A stretch of 30,084 bases of DNA from Macrostomum lignano (lineage: Eukaryota), in the NCBI GenBank assembly GCA_002269645.1, contig NIVC01000626.1, positions 1 through 30,084 of the forward strand, written 5' to 3'. The translations under genes and the position numbers were made by a program. The notes under the pieces are model-generated. The model saw nothing but the letters and a program-made list of their open reading frames with translations. It had not been told where the DNA came from and made no database searches. Below are positions 21,906 to 30,084 of the stretch, piece by piece. The stretch's first letter is position 1. Every line of letters begins with the position of its first letter.

Positions 21906-24125
21906 GGTGCTGCCGGGAGTAGGGTGCTGTGGGGAGTAGGGTGCTGTGGGGAGTAGGGTGCTGTGGGGAGTAGGGTGCTGTGGGGAGTAGGGTGCTGTGG
22001 GGAGTAGGGTGCTGTGGGGAGTAGGGTGCTGTGGGGAGTAGGGTGCTATGGGGAGTAGGGTGCTGTGGGGAGTAGGGTGCTGCGGGGAGTAGGGTGCTAT
22101 GGGGAGTAGGGTGCTGTGGGGAGTAGGGTGCTGTGGGGAGTAGGGTGCTGTGGGGAGTAGGGTGCTGTGGGGAGTAGGGTGCTGTGGGGAGTAGGGTGCT
22201 GTGGGGAGTAGGGTGCTGTGGGGAGTAGGGTGCTATGGGGAGTAGGGTGCTGTGGGGAGTAGGGTGCTATGGGGAGTAGGGTGCTGTGGGGAGTAGGGTG
22301 CTGTGGGGAGTAGGGTGCTGTGGGGAGTAGGGTGCTGTGGGGAGTAGGGTGCTGTGGGGAGTAGGGTGCTGTGGGGAGTAGGGTGCTGTGGGGAGTAGGG
22401 TGCTGTGGGGAGTAGGGTGCTGTGGGGAGTAGGGTGCTGTGGGGAGTAGGGTGCTGTGGGGAGTAGGGTGCTGTGGGGAGTAGGGTGCTGTGGGGAGTAG
22501 GGTGCTGTGGGGAGTAGGGTGCTGTGGGGAGTAGGGTGCTGTGGGGAGTAGGGTGCTGTGGGGAGTAGGGTGCTGTGGGGAGTAGGGTGCTGTGGGGAGT
22601 AGGGTGCTATGGGGAGTAGGGTGCTGTGGGGAGTAGGGTGCTATGGGGAGTAGGGTGCTGTGGGGAGTAGGGTGCTGTGGGGAGTAGGGTGCTGTGGGGA
22701 GTAGGGTGCTGTGGGGAGTAGGGTGCTGTGGGGAGTAGGGTGCTGTGGGGAGTAGGGTGCTGTGGGGAGTAGGGTGCTGTGGGGAGTAGGGTGCTGTGGG
22801 GAGTAGGGTGCTGTGGGGAGTAGGGTGCTGTGGGGAGTAGGGTGCTGTGGGGAGTAGGGTGCTGTGGGGAGTAGGGTGCTGTGGGGAGTAGGGTGCTGTG
22901 GGGAGTAGGGTGCTGTGGGGAGTAGGGTGCTGTGGGGAGTAGGGTGCTGTGGGGAGTAGGGTGCTGTGGGGAGTAGGGTGCTGTGGGGAGTAGGGTGCTG
23001 TGGGGAGTAGGGTGCTGTGGGGAGTAGGGTGCTGTGGGGAGTAGGGTGCTGTGGGGAGTAGGGTGCTGTGGGGAGTAGGGTGCTGTGGGGAGTAGGGTGC
23101 TGTGGGGAGTAGGGTGCTGTGGGGAGTAGGGTGCTGTGGGGAGTAGGGTGCTGTGGGGAGTAGGGTGCTGTGGGGAGTAGGGTGCTGTGGGGAGTAGGGT
23201 GCTGTGGGGAGTAGGGTGCTGTGGGGAGTAGGGTGCTGTGGGGAGTAGGGTGCTGTGGGGAGTAGGGTGCTATGGGGAGTAGGGTGCTGTGGGGAGTAGG
23301 GTGCTGTGGGGAGTAGGGTGCTGTGGGGAGTAGGGTGCTATGGGGAGTAGGGTGCTGTGGGGAGTAGGGTGCTGTGGGGAGTAGGGTGCTGTGGGGAGTA
23401 GGGTGCTGTGGGGAGTAGGGTGCTGTGGGGAGTAGGGTGCTGTGGGGAGTAGGGTGCTGTGGGGAGTAGGGTGCTGTGGGGAGTAGGGTGCTGTGGGGAG
23501 TAGGGTGCTGTGGGGAGTAGGGTGCTGTGGGGAGTAGGGTGCTGTGGGGAGTAGGGTGCTGTGGGGAGTAGGGTGCTGTGGGGAGTAGGGTGCTGTGGGG
23601 AGTAGGGTGCTGTGGGGAGTAGGGTGCTGTGGGGAGTAGGGTGCTGTGGGGAGTAGGGTGCTGTGGGGAGTAGGGTGCTGTGGGGAGTAGGGTGCTATGG
23701 GGAGTAGGGTGCTGTGGGGAGTAGGGTGCTATGGGGAGTAGGGTGCTGTGGGGAGTAGGGTGCTGCGGGGAGTAGGGTGCTATGGGGAGTAGGGTGCTGT
23801 GGGGAGTAGGGTGCTGTGGGAGTAGGGTGCTGTGGGGAGTAGGGTGCTGTGGGGTGTAGGGTGCTGTGGGGAGTAGGGTGCTGTGGGGAGTAGGGTGCTG
23901 TGGGGAGTAGGGTGCTGTGGGGTGTAGGGTGCTATGGGGAGTAGGGTGCTATGGGGAGTAGGGTGCTGTGGGGAGTAGGGTGCTATGGGGAGTAGGGTGC
24001 TGTGGGGAGTAGGGTGCTGTGGGTGTAGGGTGCTATTGGATAGAGGGTGCTATTGGGTGGAGGGTGCTATGGGGTGTAGGGTGCTATTGGATAGAGGGTG
24101 CTATGGGGTGGAGGGTTTTATGGTA
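21906..24125 (+). repeat. 17-bp G-rich minisatellite (tgtggggagtagggtgc)n, ~125 copies, degenerating at the 3' end
   Basis: Directly visible, highly homogeneous; recurring variant tatgggg. Confidence 0.98.
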
Positions 24126-24742
24126 GAGAGTTCTGACAAAGTCCCAGCTTTGTATATTGCATCACTGGAAGAAGCGCTAAAAATTCAAATTGTCAGAAAG
24201 GCAATTTTTGCTGAAAAACTTCTAGCAATGCACTCTGCACGCCTGAGCAAACGTGCCCTGTCAGTTGACTTGATCCGTGGCCTCAGACTCTACTATTTTT
24301 CTGTGGCAGTCGCTATATGAAAGCAAACTTAATTTTGAGCTCCTTCTCAGCTGAACTCCCGGCCACGTTTGCTCCTTTCATGGCATTGTTGGCCGCTGAG
24401 GTGCGAAGGCTTCCTTCCTCTGCTCCAGGTCTTTCTTTTCTGCCAATCTTTCCCCACATCCGCTAGACCCCTTCTCTGCCTGCTTCTCTCTTCTGCTTCC
24501 AGCCTGTCTGACCGTCCCAGTTGAACAGTCAGCCAGTTAAAGTGCAAAATCAGCTGCTGACGCAGTTTCTGTACCGGTATCAGGTGTGTCAGCGACTCTC
24601 GCCCTATCGAGAAGTCTTTATGCCTGTGACAGTATAATCATGGCTTTTTATTTATTTGTTTTCTCTTGTTTCACCAACTGCGATGCTCCTGGGGCGGGGC
24701 GGGTGACTGTGAGTGTCTACTCGGGACTCTCTATGTCCCCAC

Positions 24743-25330
24743 TCTCCCACTCTCCTCTCTTCCCCACTCTCCTCTCTTCCCCACTCTCCTCTCTTCCTCT
24801 CTCTCCTCTCTTCCCCCTCTCATCATCCCACTTTACTCCCTTCCGCCACTCTACTCTCTTCCCCACTCTCCTCTCTTCCCCACTTTCCTCTCTTCCCCAC
24901 TCTCCTCTCTTCCCCACTCTCCTCTCTTCCCCACTACTCTCCTCTCTTCCCCACTCTACTCTCTTCCCCACTCTCCTCTCTTCCCCACTCTCCCACTCTA
25001 CTCTCTTCCCCACTCTCCTCTCTTCCCACTCTCCTCTCTTCCCACTCTCCTCTCTTCCCCACTCTCCTCTCTTCCCCAATCTCCTCTCTTCCCCACTCTC
25101 CTCTCTTCCCCACTCTACTCTCTTCCCACTACTCTCCTCTCTTCCCACTACTCTCCTCTCCACTCTACTCTCTTCCCCACTCTACTCTCTTCCCCTCCTC
25201 TCTTCTTCACTCTCCACTTCTTTTCCACTCTACTCTCTTCCCCACTACTCTCCTCTCCACACTACTCTCTTCCCCAATCTAATGTCTTCCCCCACTCTAC
25301 TGTCTTCCCCCTCTCTCCTCTCCTCCTCTC
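24743..25330 (-). repeat. 17-bp pyrimidine-rich minisatellite (ctcctctcttccccact)n, ~35 degenerate copies (purine/G-rich on the minus strand)
   Basis: Directly visible. Confidence 0.93.
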
Positions 25331-26444
25331 TCTCCCGTCTCCCCTCTTCTCTTCCATCTATTTCCTGTTTCAACTTCGTACTACTTTAACTTCAAGTAGG
25401 TCTTAGCAGTGCACGCAAAGTTATTTGCATGATGACCCATCTAATAATATGGGTCCATCTTTTCTGGTTCGTCTTTTCGACTCTGCATGACCAAACCGGT
25501 GAAATATTCTAGTGTGATAAAATAATACTGACGGCTGTCTCAGCTTGAAGGCGATAGGAATCTCTAAGCTCTTATATTGCAGCTGGTATTTCCCAAACCC
25601 TAAATTTGAGAGTCAGTGCATTTCAAAAATCCTTTATTATGCATAACACTCTGCATTAGTAAGAGTAAGTATAAAGTAAGTATCAGTATTGGCGGCCAAC
25701 CTGTCCCTCATCCATCCACCCGCCTCTTCGGTCCGTCCGTCCGTCCGTCCGTCCGCCTTTTCTCAGCCCCGCCCCGGCCAAGTCTTAGACACGGACGGCC
25801 GGGCAGGTTCTTTTTTTTAAAAAATCCCTATTTTACGTACCTACTTATGCTACACGCAGCTCGCCCGGCCCTCCAAAAGATGCCCCTTTCCTTCCCTCTC
25901 CCCTCCGCTGCTCCAAGCGATTTTCGTTCGCGTGTTTGGCCATGCATAATTAAGCTCCAGAGACTGTTTGAGAATGGACACTGAGAGTCGGGAGAAAGCT
26001 TTGGAAGGGGGAGTGGGAAAGGAGGGAGGGGGCAGCTCAGCGAAGATAGTCTGAATTTGAGCAGGGTGCGTCCGCGCTTGGTATCTACAATTCTCCGAGA
26101 GTTGAGTAGGGGCCAGGGGAGGTTGGGGAGTTTGGGAGTTAGTTGGAATCTGGGATTTTATTCCCCCATCCATTGCTGTGCGAGCGGGCTGGCGTCATCC
26201 TTTTCCCAATCTCCCCTAGAAGCAATCAGACTGTGTCGCTATAGGGCTGAAGGCGGCGGCGCGACTGATCTGGGGGATCTTGAGCGGCCAGAAGAGGGGA
26301 GATGGGAGCGAGGATTTTCTGTCGCACTTGCCGCACGCCGTTCCTTCCAGCTGACTCCGAGATAAGAAATCTTCTTCTAGTAGCTAACTGGCCGCCAAAT
26401 GCCTCGATCAAAAAAGGTAGCTAGATAAACAGCCTGGGACGTTT

Positions 26445-26725
26445 CACAGCTCGAGTCTTCACAAGCTCGAATCCTCACAAGCTCGAGTCTTCACAAGCTC
26501 TAGTCTTCACAAGCTCGAGTCTTCACAAGCTCGAGTCTTCACAAGCTCTAGTCTTCACAAGCTCGAGTCTTCACAAGCTCGAGTCTTCACAAGCTCGAGT
26601 CTTCACAAGCTCGAGTCTTCACAAGCTCGAGTCTTCACAAGCTCGAGTCTTCACAAGCTCGAGTCTTCACAAGCTCGAGTCTTCACAAGCTCGAGTCTTC
26701 ACAAGCTCGAGTCTTCACAAGCTTG
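26445..26725. repeat. 16-bp minisatellite (cacaagctcgagtctt)n, ~17 copies
   Basis: Anchors at 26521 and 26537. Confidence 0.95.
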
Positions 26726-28522
26726 AAATCATCAAAGAATCAAAGACATTTCAGGAATATGTATTTAAATTACATTTTGTAAATTTCAAATTTCAATACT
26801 GTGTGTTCAATAAGTGCTACAGTTAGTCTTTAGAAGATGATGCAGCATTTCTCAGAAAGCCATAATAATAGCTGTGATGGCCGAGCTTCCGGCAGCAGCT
26901 CGGAGGCGAGGTGCAGTTTGAGCAGGATGTGCTGCCCTGCTAAGCTCAAACTCGCACCTACCTCCCGTGCCGGCACGAGAGTAGGCCTGGGCCCCTGAGC
27001 ATGAGTGGACGAGACGGCTTGGGCAGCGTAAAATTAGGCCGGCTGGGGTGCTGCCTGGCTGAGAACTGATGAGGAGCGTCGGAATCTGGGGCTAAAGGCT
27101 TTCTCAGAAATGTTCGCCTAGACGTCAGACAGGGAAAAATTTTTACGAGGGGATGTTAGGGGGCTGTCAGATTGCGTGTGCGAAAAAAAGTTTAGAAGTC
27201 CTAATGCCGTCCTAATGCCAGGCATTTGCTTCCTTCCCCATGAGATTCGCTACTTCCTTATTGAATTACACGAAGGTGCGGTCAGGTCTCCAGCGGCCCT
27301 ACTGAGTCTGAGCCCGTTATAATTTTATTAAAACTGCTTTTCATGGTCAGCCTTTAGTAGTGGTTTTAACATTTGAGTCTGGGTAAACTTTGCAATACTG
27401 GCAGCTATTGATCAAGCGCAGGACTATGAGTTAAAAGGAAAAAATATTTTTGCTCTCTGCTCTCTGCTTGATAATCAGTCATTAAAAACGCTTTGATGTT
27501 GCCGCCAACGAGGCTGGCTTCCTCTCTTATACATATAAATGGTTGTTTCTCACAAAGAACATTTGCTCAACACTTTGAAGGTCGCTTTTGGATTGAGTAA
27601 TCCGAAGAAGGGCTGGGGGTTGAGGAATTAAAAGTTGTGACAAAAATTGCTGAAAATTCTTACGAATTTAGTTTTATTATGTGTATTGTCGGTTTTGAGT
27701 GGGCTGCTTGGCAACAGTCCTAAGCTTGCGGAATTTCTATTAGCTATTTAGCTAATTGAAATTTTTTTAATAATAAATTTTCCAAATCTGAATCTATCCG
27801 GGAACTGAAGCTAATCAGTGCCACGCTCGCTACCCTTTTGTGTCACCCCGTCTAGCTTTTCCGAGCCAGATTCTGGAAATGAGAGAAGAGAGGGGGACAG
27901 AAGTGTCTCTAGGGACCTTGATGAGCTCCTCGCGTCTCCCCCTGGCCAAAGAGCTATGGGAAATTGTCTCGTCTCAGAGCCTCATTAGGGCGCGTGTTGA
28001 AGTGAAGAGACAGACAGGAAAGCGGATGGGAGGCCGGGCTTTGGCGGGCGAGTAGGGTTAGACCAACGGGCAGAAAATCGCAGAGGGCAACTCGGATGAA
28101 GCGGAATGAAGCTGGGTGTTGTGTGTCGGTCGCCAGTTTAGGCATTGGCAGCTGCATAATTGAATGATTAACAGATCGCAGATACTGGAGGGGTGTGAGG
28201 GCGGCGAGTCCCCCTTTGCTGCAGTTGCTTCGGACGGGGAGCGAGTCCGGAGTCGGGGCTGCCGGGATTATCCCAGGGATTTAGCATAGGCCCAACAAGG
28301 GAAAAGTAGGGGTCGCCGCTTGGGGCTTACTGATGAATTCTGACCGTCTCAAGGACAGCCCCGCGGCCCTTTGCTGCTCGGTTCTCACGCTACGGATCTT
28401 TTCTGATTGCACAGAATATTTTTTGAACATGTACGTGTATCTTATAGTGTGTAGCTTGTTGATTCTTGAGACTCATTCTTGTGTGCGTGTATATGTTATA
28501 TATTCCATGGGGGCGAGGGTAG

Positions 28523-29075
28523 AGGGTCGCTCTATCTTGTGTGTACATTCTATGGGTGAGGCGGGGAAAGGGTCGCTCTATCTTGTGTGTACATTCTATG
28601 GGTGAGGCGGGGAAAGGGTCGCTCTATCTTGTGTGTACATTCTATGGGTGAGGCGGGGAAAGGGTCGCTCTATCTTGTGTGTACATTCTATGGGTGAGGC
28701 GGGGAAAGCGTCGCTCTATCTTGTGTGTACATTCTATGGGTGAGGCGGGGAAAGGGTCGCTCTATCTTGTGTGTACATTCTATGGGTGAGGCGGGGAAAG
28801 GGTCGCTCTATCTTGTGTGTACATTCTATGGGTGAGGCGGGGAAAGGGTCGCTCTGTCTTGTGTGTACATTCTATGGGTGAGCGGGAAAGGGTCGCTCTA
28901 TCTTGTGTGTACATTCTATGGGTGATGGCGGGAAAGGGTCGCTCTATCTTGTGTGTACATTCTATGGGTGATGTGGGGAAAGGGTCGCTCTATCTTGTGT
29001 GTACATTCTATGGGTGATGCGGGAGAGGGTCGCTCTATCTTGTGTGTACATTCTATGGGTGATGCGGGGAGAGCG
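28523..29075. repeat. 46-bp minisatellite (~12 copies) just upstream of CASK exon 4
   Basis: Unit gcggggaaagggtcgctctatcttgtgtgtacattctatgggtgag; anchors at 28561 and 28607. Confidence 0.95.
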
Positions 29076-29167
29076 TCGCTGTATCGTGTGCGTTCATTCT
29101 ATTAGTGGTCTCTCATTTGAAGTACTACTTAATAATAATCCAACCACCACCCACCCAACCATACCAG

Positions 29168-29245
29168 TATGGACGGCGCGGATCTCTGCTTTGAAATCGT
29201 GAAACGCGCAACCGCAGGATTCGTATTCAGCGAAAGTGTAGCAAC
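29168..29245 (+). CDS. CASK: CASK exon 4 ([27 protein letters not shown])
   Basis: [14 protein letters not shown] is diagnostic for CASK; 78 bp; phase 2 at both ends. Confidence 0.95.
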
Positions 29246-29335
29246 GTAAGCTAACGTTTTTTGTTAATAACTTGACAAAATCGATTTCAGAACAGGAAGC
29301 AGGTATAAGACAATTAATTTTCCTACCATTTTCAG

Positions 29336-29511
29336 GCACTACATGCGCCAGATACTTGAGGCCATGCGCTACTGCCACGAGCACAATATTATCCATCGGG
29401 ACTTGAAGCCGCACTGCGTTCTACTTCACTCTAAGGAAAACTCGGCGCCAGTTAAATTAGGCGGCTTCGGTATTGCTGTGCAGCTAGGCGAAGACGGACT
29501 CGTGCCCGGAG
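29336..29511 (+). CDS. CASK: CASK exon 5 ([14 protein letters not shown]...[11 protein letters not shown]...KLGGFG...); gene continues beyond the window
   Basis: CASK-type KPHC and GFG motifs; acceptor ttttcag and donor G|GTGAGT. Confidence 0.96.
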
Positions 29512-30084
29512 GTGAGTCACGTGACTTTCATTGCGTGCATTCGATAGGAGGACGAGGGGTGAATCAGCTATCTTGAATGTACATTAGGGGGTAGAGAGTT
29601 TTACTATCATCTTGCACAGAAAAATAGCTTGAAATTCGTTCCTTCCTTTTACGAAATATATACTTTTAGCATCGTTATATAACTGTAAAAATTATGCATA
29701 TTACGCGTCAAAATAATTGTCTTGCATGCGTATTTCTGTTTTCTTGCATTTACTGGTTGAGTCTCGAATTTTGCCGCCTTTGTTTTTTATCCTTTAGAAT
29801 TGCGCGTCTTGTCGAGCTGTAGTAGTATAGTCTCCCATTACTGCTCTTCTCTTGCAGCTGAACTTTATGAATTATTATTCTAAAGTACAGAAGAAAGTTG
29901 ACCCGATGTACATTAGATACGTTCCTAATAATCTGTGGTTTGTTTAGTTTTGGCAGTCTTGTCTGGAGTCCTGTTATTGTGTACCTGGGGTGCATTGATT
30001 TTTCTGATCCTCTAATCCTTTATGTAAGATTCCCCAACCCGCAGATTCTCCCACCCGATCAGCTTCCCCACGCGCAGATTCCCA

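Noticed and set aside
21906-24125. Interstitial telomeric repeat
   Set aside because: It contains TAGGG, but the period is 17 bp, not (TTAGGG)n
24586-25406. Long Ser/Pro/Leu ORFs (267, 246 and 189 aa) and a Gly/Glu/Arg ORF
   Set aside because: By-products of the pyrimidine-rich 17-bp array
29750-29995. 81-aa minus-strand ORF and a plus-strand acceptor near 29858
   Set aside because: No homology recognised. The acceptor gives an early stop in the phase required after CASK exon 5 and does not encode the expected RVGTPHFMAPE.

Overview
Eukaryotic (animal) genomic DNA with spliceosomal GT-AG introns, GC-rich exons and AT-rich, repeat-filled introns. The style suggests a free-living flatworm such as Macrostomum, but that is inference only. 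Four protein-coding genes can be built by hand. (1) Minus strand: the 5' part of an unknown low-complexity protein with 44-aa repeats (exons 2015-1931 and 1831-155, two single-base frameshifts). (2) Plus strand: a 284-aa conserved invertebrate protein, probably DUF7153-like (4734-4871, 6221-6401, 6711-6833, 9122-9534). Its introns hold a mariner relic, a MITE-like element, a tRNA-derived SINE-like head and a BEL/Pao gag fragment embedded in a 43-bp minisatellite. (3) Plus strand: a 392-aa tetraspanin with a greatly enlarged EC2 loop (six exons, 12420-15415). (4) Plus strand: the first five coding exons of CASK, covering the CaMK-like domain (16964-29511), with a 10.4-kb third intron. That intron contains a candidate cryptic or alternative exon and two oppositely oriented 17-bp minisatellites able to pair in register. 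An 18-bp array (9665-11350) may be a mucin-like exon on the minus strand. Most supplied ORFs are artefacts of tandem repeats or antisense reading. No prokaryotic-type system is present, and all novelty claims are hypotheses.
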